64,000 nt of DNA from Octopus vulgaris (Eukaryota). The translations under genes and the position numbers were made by a program. Where the stretch lies: assembly GCA_951406725.2 (NCBI GenBank), contig OX597843.1, positions 186,001 to 250,000 on the forward strand. Reading direction: 5' to 3'. A model generated the notes under the pieces. The model saw only the letters and a list, made by a program, of their open reading frames with translations, ran no database searches and was not told the DNA's origin. This document shows positions 39,637 to 54,885 of the stretch, piece after piece; position 1 is the first letter of the stretch; each line of letters begins with the position of its first letter.

Positions 39637-39673
<37 letters not shown>

Positions 39674-40930
39674 CAGTTGGTTGCAATGGTCTGATGTTTG
39701 TGTTTTAAAAAATCATGCAGCCATTCCCAGAGGTTTCCCACACAATTTGTGACATATCGTTTGGTAATTAAGCTTATTGAAAGCCTTCACATAGTCAAGC
39801 TATATCACATCCACATTTAAATGGTTGGGCTGATACACGCACACACATCTATGTGTATGTGTGTGTATGTATATACATACATATATACATATATATATAT
39901 AAAAACATATGCAAACATAGATATATATATATCTGCATATATATTTGCTTATATATATATATATATATATCTGTTGGTGCATATATACATAAATGCATAC
40001 AAATATGTGCATGAGTATGTATGCATGCCTACTGCCACTATTTCTCTCTCTATTTCTCTCTATCTCTCTCTATCTATCTATTTATCTATCTACCTATCTA
40101 TCTACCTATATATATATTTATGTATATACCTATATATATATTATATATGTAGAAAAATACAAACTGGGACAAGAACGCAAAACATTTAGAAGACGATACA
40201 AAAAAACACGGACGGGACATTCGAAGCCTCTAATCTTCAGTCAAGAACCGGATCATCCTAGCAATTTCGGCTGATTAATCTTGAGCTTGCTCCGATCCAG
40301 CCAGCCCCGAGGAAAAACTAAGCTACGAACATTAGATTTCTTGGAAAAAGGATCGAATGTATACGAAACAAGGACAGAAAAACAGACGATGCCACACAAA
40401 TATAAATACAAAAAACTATAATAATAATAACAGGACAAAAACAGCGGGTGTCTTATGACTATAGACAGAACAACTTAGTTTAGCTGGCGTATTTGGAAAA
40501 AAATGCCTTTTTCGGCAGACGAAGACAACGATGTTCCTGTGGCGCTGGTTAGAAGCCAATATATTTCTTTATATACAGAAATCTCTATCAATTGATCATA
40601 GATCTGGGTGGAGCAATGGCTATAGAAAGAAGGACCAAAAGGCAACAAACAGACAGACAGACAGACGGAGACACACACAATTCTAGAAGGGCAGAAGGAA
40701 AAGGAAAAACAGAAACAAGAAGCGGGTGAAAATAATAGTGATGCTGATGATGGGGCTTGGAGAAGAGGAGGGAAGTGATGGGAGAGGAGTGATGGAGGGG
40801 TAGATGATGGGAGGTAGGTTGGCTAAGTGAGATTGTGAGAGGAGAGGGAGAGAGAGAGAGAGAGAAAGAGAAAAATAGGGGAGACTCATAATCAACAGGT
40901 TGACATATATATATATATGTATATATATAT

Positions 40931-41186
40931 ATAATAGTTATCGTCATACTAATATGGCATTCTTATAAAAATAAGAATAAAGCTGTCCGCTTATTAGCTC
41001 CATGAGGCCATCGCCTTAAGTTAGCTATTTGATACACAAACTGTATCCATATAACCTTCGAACAAGTTATATACAGTTTGTGTATCAAATAGCTAACTTA
41101 AGGCGATGGCCTCATGGAGCTAATAAGCGGACAGCTTTATTCTTATTTTTATAAGAATGCCATATTAGTATGGCGATAACTATTAT
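40931..41186. repeat. Near-perfect inverted repeat, 116-bp arms, 24-bp spacer
   Basis: 40931-41046 is the reverse complement of 41071-41186 with one mismatch. Confidence 0.95.
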
Positions 41187-41243
41187 TTTCCGGGAACGCT
41201 GCCGTTGTTCTCTTTTAGAGAGACTTAGTAATTTTAATATTTC

Positions 41244-41294
<51 letters not shown>

Positions 41295-41443
41295 TATATA
41301 TATTTATCTATATATGTATATATATATATATATATACATATATACACTCACACACATATATATACACACACACATATATATATCTATATCTATCTATCTA
41401 TATATATATATGCACACACACACACAAAAACACACGCACATGC

Positions 41444-41475
<32 letters not shown>

Positions 41476-43750
41476 TGATAGATAGATTGATAGATAGATA
41501 GAGAGATAGATAGATAGATATATGGACAGATAGGTAGACAGAGGGAGAGAGAGAGAGGCAAAAAGTCAGGGTCAGACAAAAAGAAATAGAAATAACTGTG
41601 TTCACACACACATGTGTATATATATACATATATATATATGAGTGTGTGTGTGTGTATACATATATTTATATATGTATCTATGTATGTATATATGTGTGTA
41701 TATACGTATATACGTGTGCGTTTGTATATGTGTTTGCATATATTCATATGTATGTAGATATATGTGTATATCTATATATATTTAGATATACTTGTATATA
41801 TATATGTATATATGTGTGTGTGTGTGTGTGTGTGTGATATGATTCATAAATAATTAATTAGGTTCTGACTAAAAATACAGTTGACATTTTAATAGGTGTG
41901 AAGAGGTGGACGGAGGAGGGGAGGACAGGATAGCCGGACATACTCACATGCACGCACACACAGGCACACACACACACAAGCACATGCACGTACACATACA
42001 CACACACACATACACATACACACATATATACACACATATACACATATACATATAAAACACATATACATATACACATATACACATATACACATACATATAC
42101 ACATATGCATATAAAACACATATATACACATATATACGCATATACACATATATACACATATATACACACATATACACATATACATATAAAACATATACAC
42201 ATATACACATATACACATACATATACACATACATATACACATACATATACACATATGCATATAAAACACATATATACACATATATACGCATATACACACA
42301 TATACACATACACACACACACACACACACAAGCACATGCACGTGCATGTACACATACACACAGACGCGTGTTCTGTGACATTGACACACTGACATATGTA
42401 TGCACACACACACACACATACAAACTTACACATACATGTATACACACTCACTCTCGCAAACACAAAACATTTATACATACAGAGTCAAGGGAAGTCACTG
42501 TCATAGCCGATGACAGTGCCACCCGATTGGCTCCGGTACCCCATCTGGGTGGGGAATGTTAGCGCCATGAAACTGGGAAACCAGCCATTGAGGCACACGG
42601 CTTAGTGGTTAGGGTGTTGGACTCATGAGTGTAAGATCATGGTTTCAATCCCTGGACCGGTCGACCTGTTGTGTTCTTGTACTTCGACCCTGTGCTTGAG
42701 GAGATCCATTGAGTCAAGTACACCAACATCAAAATCAATGGAAACTGCAGTTGTGACCCCTGAGACGGTGGCACGTAAAAAGCACCATCTGAACCTGGCC
42801 GATGCTAGCGCCACCTTGACTGGCTTCCGTGCCGGTGGCACGTAAAAAGCACTATCCGAATCGTGGCCAATGCCAGCCCCACCTTGACTGGCTTCCGTGC
42901 CGGTGGCACGTAAAAAGCACCATCCGAATCGTGGCCAATGCCAGCGCCACCTTGACTGGCTTCCGTGCCGGTGGCATGTAAAATGCACCAATCCGATTGT
43001 GGCCATTGCCAGCCTCACCTGGCACCTGTGCAGGTGGCACGTAAAAAGCACCAACTACACTCACGGAGTGGTTGGCGTTAGGAAGGGCATCCAGCTGTAG
43101 AAACACTGCCAGATCAGACAAGAGCCTGGTGCACCCTCCTGGCTTCACAGATCCCCGGTCGAACCGTCCAACCCATGCTAGCACGGAAAACGGACGTTAA
43201 ACAATGATGATGATGTTGTTGCTCCATGCCACTCAGCTGGCAAAAATGAGTAGTTCTGCGATGGACCGGCATCCCATCCAGGTAGGGAATAGATGCGCCA
43301 TAAAACCGGGAAACTGGCCCTTATTAGTTAGCAAGACTTTAGAAGGTAACTTTTTTTTAATGTATCCTGCCACTATTCTCTGTCCAAAACAGTCCTTCAT
43401 GATGAGGACGACGACGATGATGATGACGATGACGATGACGATGACGACGATGACGATGACGATGATTGTGATGATGATGATGATGATGATTGTGATGATG
43501 ACGATGATGATGATTGTGATGATGATGATGATGATGATTGTGATGATGACGATGATGATGATTGTGATGATGATGATGATGATGACACCAACTATGAAGA
43601 TGATCACATACACACACACACACACATAGTTATATGTGCGGATATGTATATATCTTCACACACACGCACAGTAAAAATTTTTTCCTGGTCATATTTCCCA
43701 CTTGGGATCAAACCAAACTCCTATCATCGTTTCACTTATCTCACATACAC

Positions 43751-43765
43751 TCACCAGATGGCGCC
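43751..43765 (+). promoter_or_regulatory. CTCF-like motif
   Basis: tcaccagatggcgcc matches CCASYAGRKGGCRS at all but the first position and lies in a non-repetitive island. Confidence 0.35.
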
Positions 43766-45037
43766 ATTAACTTCAACCAGTGCTGTTGCTATGGCCATGA
43801 AGTATTTACACATGTATACACACACACACACACACACATACACACACACACATACACACATACACACACACATATATACACACACACAGTATGTATGTGT
43901 GTGAGTAGGTATGCATTTACCACATGAATGTACATGTGTATGCATGTATGCTTGTATGTAAGTATATATAGCAAGAATATATGTGTGTATACACATACAT
44001 ACATACACATATATGTGTATATATATATATACATACATGTTCACACACACGTACATATATATGTGCACCTTTATGCATATATGCATGTACATATGTGTAT
44101 GAATATATGTGCACATGTACATGTATATATGTGCTTTTGTATGTATATGTGTATTTATGCATCTATGTATGTGTAGATGGTTGGATGTACACATCTGTAT
44201 GTATGTACATACATGTATATATACATATGCATGCTTGTCTGTCTATGTATGAGGGACACTTTTTAGTATATATATATATACACACACATGCATGTATGTA
44301 TGTATATGTGTGACACTCCGTCGGTTACATTAACGAGGATTCCAGTTGCTCCAATCAATGGAACAGCCTGCTCATGAAATTAATGTGCAAGTGGCTGAGC
44401 ACTCCACAGACACGTGTACCCTTAACGTAGCTCTCGGGGAGATTCAGCGTGACACAGAGTGTGACAAAGCTGGCTCTTTGAAATACAGGTACAACAGAAA
44501 CAGGAGGAAAGGGTGAGAGAAAGTTGTGGCGAAAGAGTACAGCAGGGTGCGACACCATCCCCTGCCGGAGCCTCGTGGGTATTTAGGTGTTTTCGCCCGA
44601 TAAACACTCACAACGCCTGGTCTGGGAATCAAAACCGCAATCCTACAACTGCGAGTCCGCTGAGGCAAGTGAAAATCAAAATTGAAATCGATCAACATCA
44701 ATGGAATTTGTAGCTGTGATACCAGTGCCGGTGGCTCGTAAGAGAACCATCCAAACGTGGTCGTAGCCAGCGCTGCACCAACTGGACCCCATGCCGGTGG
44801 CACGTAACAGACACCATCTGATCGTGGCCGTTGCCAGCCTCGCCTGGCCTCCGTGCCAGTGACACGTAAAAAGCACCCACAGAGTGGTTGGCGTTAGAAA
44901 GGGCATCCAGCTGTAGAAACACTGCCAGATCAGACTGGGCCTGGTGCAGCTTTCGGGCTTCCCAGACCCCAGTTGAACCGTCCATCCCATGCTAGCATGG
45001 AAAACGGACGTTAAACGATGATGATGATATATATATA

Positions 45038-45076
<39 letters not shown>

Positions 45077-45174
45077 TTTATTTTATAGAAGGAGCTTCTA
45101 CAGGACTAGAACTGTTTCATTCAGATCTGAATGAAACAGTTCTAGTCCTGTAGAAGCTCCTTCTATAAAATAAA
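45077..45174. repeat. Perfect 98-bp palindrome with no spacer
   Basis: Centred on tcaga|tctga (45125/45126). Confidence 0.95.
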
Positions 45175-45253
45175 TTACTTTACTCTGCTATGTATTGAGT
45201 ACCTTATTTACTGTGGTTTACCCCAACTCAACCCGGGACCTACATACATACAT

Positions 45254-45310
<57 letters not shown>

Positions 45311-45315
45311 AAGTG

Positions 45316-45545
45316 GAGGTTCGTGGCTTAGTGGTTAGGGTGTCAGCATCATGATCGTAAGATTGTGGTTTCAATTCCTGGATCGGGCGACGCGTAGTGT
45401 TCTTCATTTCACTTTGCTCCAGTTCACTCAGTTGGCAAAAATGAGTAATGCTCTGATGGACTGGTGTCCCGTCCGGCTGGGGAAAACATACACCATAGAA
45501 ACCAGGAAACTGGGCCCATGACTCTGGCTAGGCTTTAAAAGGGCA
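45316..45545 (+). mobile_element. tRNA-derived SINE, further family; a related copy at 42590-43350 is split by an RTE 3'-UTR insertion
   Basis: gtggcttagtggttagggtgt...ggtttcaattcctgga head; tail gaaaccaggaaactgggccc is shared with 43220-43350. Confidence 0.65.
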
Positions 45546-45580
45546 CATTTTTTTTTTTCATAACATTTTTCAGATGGCCA

Positions 45581-45641
45581 GATAACTGAAGAGATGGTGT
45601 TGTGGATTTCCACCTCGGCATCCGAAACTCAGAGTTTTATC
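45581..45641 (+). ncRNA. Type I hammerhead ribozyme (Penelope-type, palindromic stem III)
   Basis: Stem I gataa/ttatc, core CTGAAGA, stem II gatg.../...catc, GAAA, stem III actc-a-gagt, predicted GUU cleavage after 45636. Confidence 0.65.
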
Positions 45642-45960
45642 TTGGCTACCGAATAACTGTCACATATTATTCTACAGATAAATTTCCTCTATTTACATAA
45701 TATTGAGGTCTCTTTCTTTCTTTTGTTATCTTACCGTTTTTACCAATATATATATACTCTTTTACTTTCAGTCATTTGACTGTGGCCATACTGGAGCACC
45801 GCCTTTAATCGAGGAACTCGACCCCGGGACTTATTCTTTGTAAGCCCAGTACTTATTCTATCGGTCTCTTTTGCCGAACCGCTAAGTAACGGGGACGTAA
45901 ACACACCAGCACCGGTTGTCAAGCAATGCTAGGGGGACAAACACAGATACACAAACATAT

Positions 45961-45999
<39 letters not shown>

Positions 46000-46527
46000 A
46001 TGGGCTTCTTTCAGTTTCCGTCTACCAAATCCACTCACAAGCCTTTGGTCAGCCCGAAGCTATAGTAGAAGACACTTGCCCAAGATGCCACGCAGTGGGA
46101 CTGAACCTGGAACCATGTGGTTGGTAAACAAGCTACTTACCACACAGCCACTCCTGCGCCTATATATATACATATATACGACAGGCTTCTTTCAGTTTCC
46201 ATCTACCAAATCCACTCACAAGGCTTTGGTCGGCCCGAGGCTATAGTAGAAGACACTTACCCAAGATGCCACGCAGTGGGACTGAACCCGGAACCATGTG
46301 GTTCGTAAACAAGCTACTTACCACACAGCCACTCCTGCACCTATATATATATATATACATATATACGACAGGTTTCTTTTCAGTTTCCATCTACCAAATC
46401 CACTCACAAGGCTTTGGTCGGTCCGAGGCTATAGTAGAAGACACTTACCCAAGATGCCACATAGTGGGACTGAACCCGGAACCATGTGGTTCGTAAACAA
46501 GCTACTTACCACACAGCCACTCCTGCG

Positions 46528-46593
<66 letters not shown>

Positions 46594-46614
46594 TAGATAA
46601 ATGGTACAACAAGG

Positions 46615-46651
<37 letters not shown>

Positions 46652-46984
46652 GCATTTATGTGTGTATACATGTGTATATGTCTTTATGTAATATATGTGT
46701 GTGTTAGTTTTATTTATTTTCTGGCAATTGTACGTCTTGTATGAAATTTGGTAAACAGTATCGTGAAATAGTGAAATAGTTTGCTCTCAGATTAAGACGG
46801 TAGATAAACGGAACGGCACAGATAACGAATTCTAATCTAGACGATAGAGACCAGAGTCGTTGTCTAGAAACATCTTCAGAAACAAGGAATATATTTTACC
46901 GTTTTTGTTTATACACAGCCACACACACACACACACACATGTGCATATATATGTATGTGTATATATGTATATATATATATATAT

Positions 46985-47270
<286 letters not shown>

Positions 47271-47450
47271 GCATGCACATATATGTATATATGTATGTAC
47301 ATGCATACCTACATATACACATGTATGTATATATGTTATAGCATATATATAAACATGTTTATGCATATGAATATATATAGGTATGTGTGTGTGTGTGTGT
47401 GTATATATATATCATCATCGATGATGATGATGATGATGATGATATATATA

Positions 47451-47483
<33 letters not shown>

Positions 47484-47648
47484 GTATGTATTATGTATGT
47501 ATCTATGTATGTATATGCGCAGGGATGACTGTGTCGTAAGTAGCTTGCTTACCAGCCACATGTTTCCGGGTTCAGTCCCACTACGTGACACCTTGAGCAG
47601 TGGATTTGGTAGACGGAAACTGGAAGAAGCCCATCGTATATATGTATG

Positions 47649-47686
<38 letters not shown>

Positions 47687-47751
47687 TATACATATACGTA
47701 TATGTGTGTGTGTATATGTATATATTTACATATATATACATATATATACAT

Positions 47752-47818
<67 letters not shown>

Positions 47819-49026
47819 GTGTTTGTTCCCCCACCACCACCATCGCTTGACAACTGATGTTGGTGGGTTTACATCCCCGTAAACAGTTCAGCAAACTAGA
47901 CTGATGAAATAAACACTAGGCTTACAGAGAATAAGTGCTGGGGTTGATTTCTTCGACGAAAGGCAGGTGCTCCAGCATGGCCAAAGTCAAATGACCAAAA
48001 CAAGTAAAAATATAAAAGAAATAAAAATATATATAGGCACACATACACAAATATTCATACATACATAGGCGCAGGAGTGGCTGTGTGGTAAGTAACTTGC
48101 TAACCAACCACATGGTTCCGGGTTCAGTCCCACTGCGTGGCATCTTGGGCAAGTGTCTTCTGCTATAGCCCCGGGCCGACCAATGCCTTGTAAATGGATT
48201 TGGTAGACGGAAACTGAAAGAAGCCTGTCGTATATATGTATATATATATATGTGCATGTGTGTTTGTGTTTGTCCCCCTAGCATTGCCTGACAACCGATG
48301 CTGGTGTGTTTACGTCCCCGTTACTTAGCGGTTTGGCAAAAGAGACCGATAGAATAAGTACTGGGCTTACAAAGAATAAGTCCAGGATCGATTTGCTCGA
48401 CTAAAGGTGGTGCTCCAGCATGGCCGCAGTCAAATGACTGAAACAAGTAAAAGAGTAAAAGAGAGTATACATACATATGCATACACACATGCACACACAC
48501 ACACAGACACACACATACACGCACATACACACGATATACATTCATGCACACATGAAAATATTAATGGCTGTAAGTTCGTTCAAATGGGAAATTAATTGTA
48601 CTCGTTGTCGTAATGGAAGCTTTACATAATATTTATTACATATTATACATCCCTGTGCTCAGGTGTGTTTTTTATATACATCACATCATGTGTATTTGGC
48701 TGCTATGGATCAGTTTCCCATATACATACATGCACACACAGACACACACATACATACATATGTATGTATATATAAGCACTTATGGTGGAAGCACTTTGTC
48801 GGTTACGACGACGAGGGTTCCGGTTGATCCGAATCAACGGAACAGCCTGCTCGTGAAATTAACATGTAAGTGGCTGAGCACTCCACAGACACATGCCTCC
48901 ATAAGCACTTATATACAAGCACGCAAACACATATATATAGACATGGATAAATTAATAAATATATATGCATATACATGAGTACAAATATATATATACATAT
49001 ACATGTACATACATATCATCAATGTA

Positions 49027-49330
49027 GAGGCGCAATGGCCCAGTGGTTAGGGCAGCGGACTAGCGGTCGTAGGATCGTGGTTTCGATTCCCAGACCGGGC
49101 GTTGTGAGTGTTTAGAGAGCGAAAACACCTAAAAGCTCCATGAGGCTCTGGCAGGGGGTAGTGGTGATCCCTGCTGTACTCTTTCGCCACAACTTTCTCT
49201 CACTCTTTTTTCTGTTGGGCCTGCTCGCTTAGCCAGCGGGGTGGCGTCATTTGAAGGCTAAAACAATGCAAAGTGCATTGTGACCAGCGATGTGTAGCAA
49301 CATCTGATAGCCTGGCCGGTCAGGTAGTCA
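49027..49330 (+). mobile_element. tRNA(Arg)-like SINE with a third 3' half
   Basis: Same head as 11560. The tail gcctgctcgcttagccagcgggg...catctgatagcctgg is also seen as fragments at 21958-22013 and 62822-62860. Confidence 0.75.
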
Positions 49331-49466
49331 CATATTAATATTTAACATCCATGTTCCATGCTAGCATGGGCTGGGCATTTATACTTACATACATACATAT
49401 ATACATACTTACATACATACATACATATATATGTATGTATGTACGTATGTATACACACACACAAAA

Positions 49467-49642
49467 GTTAAGGAATGGAGCAGATAAGATCCCGGTTACA
49501 TATGTTTCATATCTTAATCAAGATACCTTTGACCTGATAAGTAACCTGCAGTATACACATTGCTTTGATACTTACCACTTCCAAGGCCCTTCTCACTATG
49601 AAACATATATAAGCCAGGATCTTATCTGCTCCATTCCTTAAC
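49467..49642. repeat. MITE-like inverted repeat, arms of about 45 bp
   Basis: gttaaggaatggagcagataagatcc...tatgtttcata versus tatgaaacata...ggatcttatctgctccattccttaac. Confidence 0.75.
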
Positions 49643-49846
49643 ACTTGTGTTACTTGAATACCTGGCAACCCTGATCTCCTACTGTGAAATACAAAAGAAA
49701 CTTTTTTCAGCTTATCATACTTTGATATGAAAAAATCCACAACCTTCCGCCTCAATAAACTATTGTTGTTCCTGGTTGTTGCTTTTAATATTTACTACAA
49801 GTTATTTGAAGCTTCCTTCCTTCCTACACATCAATCCTGGGATCTT

Positions 49847-49913
<67 letters not shown>

Positions 49914-49945
49914 AAATAAGAAAATGGAGAAATACATCTAAATCA

Positions 49946-50093
49946 ATTATCAACTACCAGATAATACCCAATCACATAATTTATTAAACCACTACATATA
50001 AACATTAAGGTCAAACATAATAATTTGACCTTAATGTTCATATGTAGTGGTTTAATAAAGTATGTGATTGGGTATTATCTGGTAGTTGATAAT
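49946..50093. repeat. Inverted repeat, 70-bp arms, 8-bp spacer
   Basis: 49946-50015 versus 50024-50093, two mismatches. A related single arm lies at about 22460-22560. Confidence 0.9.
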
Positions 50094-51255
50094 AGTAGAG
50101 GGGACAAACAAGGACAGACAAACGGATTAAGTTGATTACATCGACCCCAGTGCATAACTGGTACTTAATTTATCGACCCCGAAAGGATGAAAGGCAAAGT
50201 TGACCTCGGTGGAATTTGAACTCGGAACGTAACGACAGATGAAATATACGGCTACGCATTTCACCCGGCGTGCTAACGTTTCTGCCAGCTCGCCGCCTTT
50301 GTGTATATACATGTATATATAGTAAAATAAGGATTCAGATTGAATCAGGTATTTGAAAAGATATGCACCAGGTAGGGTTGGATAATCTCTGTGGTTCTGG
50401 CCTATGGTTGGTGAGTATCAAATAAGATATTTTGGTTGTTTACATATATATATGTATTACAACCAGTAATATGCACAAAGAAAATCATGTCTTTCTTTTA
50501 GATCTCACCTTAAAAATACAACAATTGTTTCAATTGCATTAACATAACAGGTGCAGGAGTGGCTGTGTGGGAAGTAGCTTGCTAACCAACCACATGGTTC
50601 CGGGTTCAGTCCCACTGCGTGGCACCTTGGGCAAGTGTCTTCTACTATAGCCTCAGGCCGACCAAAGCCTTGTGAGTGGATTTGGTTGACGGAAACTGAA
50701 AGAAGCCCGTCGTATATATATATGTATGTATGTGTGTGTATATGTTTGTGTGTCTGCGTTTATCCCCCCCCCAACATCGCTTGACAACCGATGCTGGTAT
50801 GTTTACGTCCCCATAACTTAGCGGTTCGGCAAAAGAGACCGATAGAATAAGTACTAGGCTGACAAAGAATAAGTCCTGGGGTCGATTTGCTCGACTAAAG
50901 GCGGTGCTCCAGCATGGCCGCAGTCAAATGACTGAAACAAGTAAAAAGTAAAAAAAAAAGTATATACGTACACACACACACACACGCATAAACACACACA
51001 AACACACACACACACATATACATCATCATCATCTTCATCATCAACGTCTACTTTCCACACTGGCATGGGATTTGTGAGCCAGAGGCTCCAATCTTGATCT
51101 GGCAAAGTTTCTACAGCTGGATGCCCTTCCTAACACCAACCACTCTGAGAGTGTAGTGGGTGCTTTTACATGCACACACACACACACATGCATGCACATA
51201 TAGACTGTATTATTAAAAATTATATATATGATGAATGTGTGTGTGTATATATATA

Positions 51256-52355
51256 TATATCTTATGGGACAACCTGCTGAGAGCCACTGACCAGATCTGT
51301 GGATGGGGCAAAGTCCCCTCTCGACCCAAGGTAACGTGGTGGTGGAACAATGTGGTTGACAGGGCTATTAGACAAAAGAAACAGGCTTGGAAGGACTGGA
51401 AGAACGGAGGTAGCAGGGAACTGTATCAGACTGCCAGAAGGGAAGCTCGGAGACAGGTTTATTTAGCCAGAGGGGAAGCAGATAAGAAAAAATTTGCCAA
51501 TGTTCTGCACCTCGAGGTCCAAAGACTTGAAGTATTTCATGTTGCAAGCCAGTGTGTGGGAGAGAATCGTGATGTTGTAGGAGAGAAATGTGTCCGCATG
51601 GATGATGGTTCACTTGCACTAAACGAGGCTGCAAAGAGAGAGGTTTGGAGATGCAACTATGAAAGGTTGCTCAATAAAGAGAATGAATGGGAGAAAGAGA
51701 GTCTGCCGAATGTCGACCCAAGGGAGGGACAAAATATCCGAATTGACAGTAATTTGGTAGATAAAGCAATTAAGGGTATGAAGACAGGGAAAGCCCCCGG
51801 CCCATCAGGAATTACTGCAGAGATGCTCAAAATATCTGGCAGTGTCGGCTATAGCCTAGTCACCTGTATAGTTAACCAGGTGATACATGAAAGAGTAATA
51901 CCCAATGACTGATGTAGCAGCACCATAGCCAACTGCTACAAAGGTAAAGGTGATGCTTTAGATACAAATAATTACAGAGTGAAATCGAAATTGAATTTGA
52001 AATCGAACCAAATTTGACAACTGGCATCCATGCCAACGTTCCTTCATTGGACACTAAACTCTGCTTGCAAGTGAAATCAAAATTGAACCAAATTTGATGA
52101 CTGGCATTTGTGCCAGTGGAGCGCTAATAGCTCCATCTGAGATCACTGCCAGAGCAGCTGTCTACCTTCCATGCCAGTGGCACGTAAAAGCATCCACTGC
52201 ACTCTCGGAGTGGTTGGCATCAGGAAGGGCATCCAGCTGTAGAAACTCTGCTAGATCATATTGGAGCCTGGTGCAGCCATCTGGTTCACCAGTCCTCAGT
52301 CAAATTGTCCAACCCATGCTAGCATGGAAAGTCGACGTTAAATGATGATGATGAT
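51256..52355 (+). pseudogene. Internally deleted RTE LINE (tether region + RT start fused to 3' UTR and (GAT)n tail)
   Basis: TWWWNNVVDRAIRQKK...MKTGKAPGPSGITAEMLK...IPND*...YKGKGDALDTNNYR, then an abrupt switch to the 3'-UTR repeat. Confidence 0.8.
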
Positions 52356-52356
52356 A

Positions 52357-52392
<36 letters not shown>

Positions 52393-53134
52393 TCATCATC
52401 ATCATTTAGCGTCCGCTTTCCATGCTAGCATGGGTTGGATGGTTCAACTGGGGTCTGTGAAGCCAGAAGGCTGCATCAGGCCCAGTCTGATCTGGCAGTG
52501 TTTCTACGGCTGGATGCCCTTCCTAACGCCAACCACTCCTTGAGTGTTGTGGGTGCTTTTTACGTGCCACCCGCACACACAAATGTATTTATATATGTAC
52601 ATATATATATATATATACAATTTAATAAATAAAACATATGCATACATACATTCATATATGTACATACCTACATCTATATGTATATATACATGCATATATG
52701 AGTACAGGACACCACAAATAAACGTAGAACACAACGAGAAACGAAAACATAAAACCAAACAAGGAAACGGACTTTTTTTAACAACGAAAAAACAGAGTAC
52801 AAGACAAACAATACAAGGAACATTCCCCTTCTGCAGCTGCCCCTGGTCCGACTCAATGCGTTTTTACATATATAAGGGGGTTTCACACGAGTCCCTCCCC
52901 AATGGTGTTAACATTATAAGCCATTTATTTCTTTGCTCAACCATTCTGTGTCTGTACATCCCAGAAGGCTTTGCTTGAGTGTTGAATGTCAAAAGTAAGT
53001 GAAACCTCTGCCAAGTGAAGACAGGAAGCCAAAGATTGGTGGTGTCTAGTGTCCCGGATGTACTATAACACACACACACACACATGCTGTTGTATAAATT
53101 TGTATGCATTCATCTGTCTATATACACACATATT

Positions 53135-53170
<36 letters not shown>

Positions 53171-53520
53171 TATATATAACACATATGGAGTTATAAATAA
53201 ACATATTGTTTGTATACATGTCTATATATATATATACTTATATACATACATACATACATACATACATGTTAAGATATATATATATATTTGTGTATATATA
53301 TATATGTGTTTCCCTCTGTGTGTGTGTGTGTGTATATATATGATATATATATATATATATATATGGATATATATGTGTGTATATATCCATGTGTGTATAT
53401 ATCCATACATATATAAACATATGTATGTATATATATCTATATATATATATACATACTCCTTATCACCGTCTGTTCTGTATAACTTAGGTTTTATATGGAC
53501 ATATATACATATGCATACAC

Positions 53521-53564
<44 letters not shown>

Positions 53565-53733
53565 GTAGACACATACATATACACGTGCATGCTGACAAAC
53601 TCGTGTACATGTGTGTGCTGATCGTTACATCGGATGGTTAAAGCATGATATGGGGGAGACAGAGTCGGGCTGGAGCTGGAAGTAGTTTGGAAATATCAAC
53701 CCCATCAACACATTCATCACTGCCAACTTCACC

Positions 53734-53894
53734 ATGACCACCACCACGACCACCACCACCATCCCAACAACCATCATGATGATCATCATCACTTCCATCA
53801 TCATCATCATCATTATCATCCTCATCATCATCGTTTTTACTAGCATCATTATCGCCACCACCACCACCCCAACAACCATCATCATCATCGTCAG

Positions 53895-53933
<39 letters not shown>

Positions 53934-54292
53934 TTCCATAATCATCATCATCATCATCATTTTTACAAGCATCATTATCGCCACCACCACCACAACCGCC
54001 ACCACCCCAACAACTATCATCATCATCATCATCATCATCATCCTCATCCTCCTTCTCCTCCTCATCATCATTTTTACTAGCATCATTATCGCCACCACCA
54101 CCACCATCACCACCACCCCAACAACCATCAGCATCATCATCATCATCATCATCATCGTTTTTACTACCATCATTGTCGCCAACACTACCACGACCATGAA
54201 CCATCACCACTCCACCACTACACTACCATCACTGTCACTGCCACCACCATGACGGCCAACACCACCACCACCACCACTACCATCACCACCAT
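53734..54292. repeat. (CAT/CAC)n-derived higher-order repeat
   Basis: tttttactagcatcattatcgccaccacc is repeated about 4 times. Confidence 0.85.
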
Positions 54293-54627
54293 CCTTTTAA
54301 TACACGCACACACATACACATACACACTGTAATGGCAACTCGGTCACCTAGAATGAGAGACACAGAGGGATCAAATCCCATGAGGAGCATTGTCTGTCAT
54401 CAACTTCTGAGTGACCAGGGCAATAAGAAAAGTCTCACAGGGTGTATACGTGTGTGTGTTTATGAATGAATGTGTACGTGTGTATGTGAGTATGAATGAA
54501 TGTGTATATATATGAGTGTGTGTGTATGTGTGTGTGTGTGTGTGTGTGTGTACACTTATATGTATATCTGCTCATGAATATGTGCATATATATGTATGTG
54601 TGTATACATATTTGTCTGTGTGTATGG

Positions 54628-54675
<48 letters not shown>

Positions 54676-54750
54676 ATATATATATATATGAACTCTTTTT
54701 ATGTATATGCATGAAGTTAAAAGTACATTTAAATGTATGCACAACCACAT

Positions 54751-54794
<44 letters not shown>

Positions 54795-54885
54795 CATTCA
54801 TTGTATCATAATTGTATCATTGCAGTGTAGGCACTATACAATGCAGATCAATGATAATAATAATAATAATAATATATATATATAT

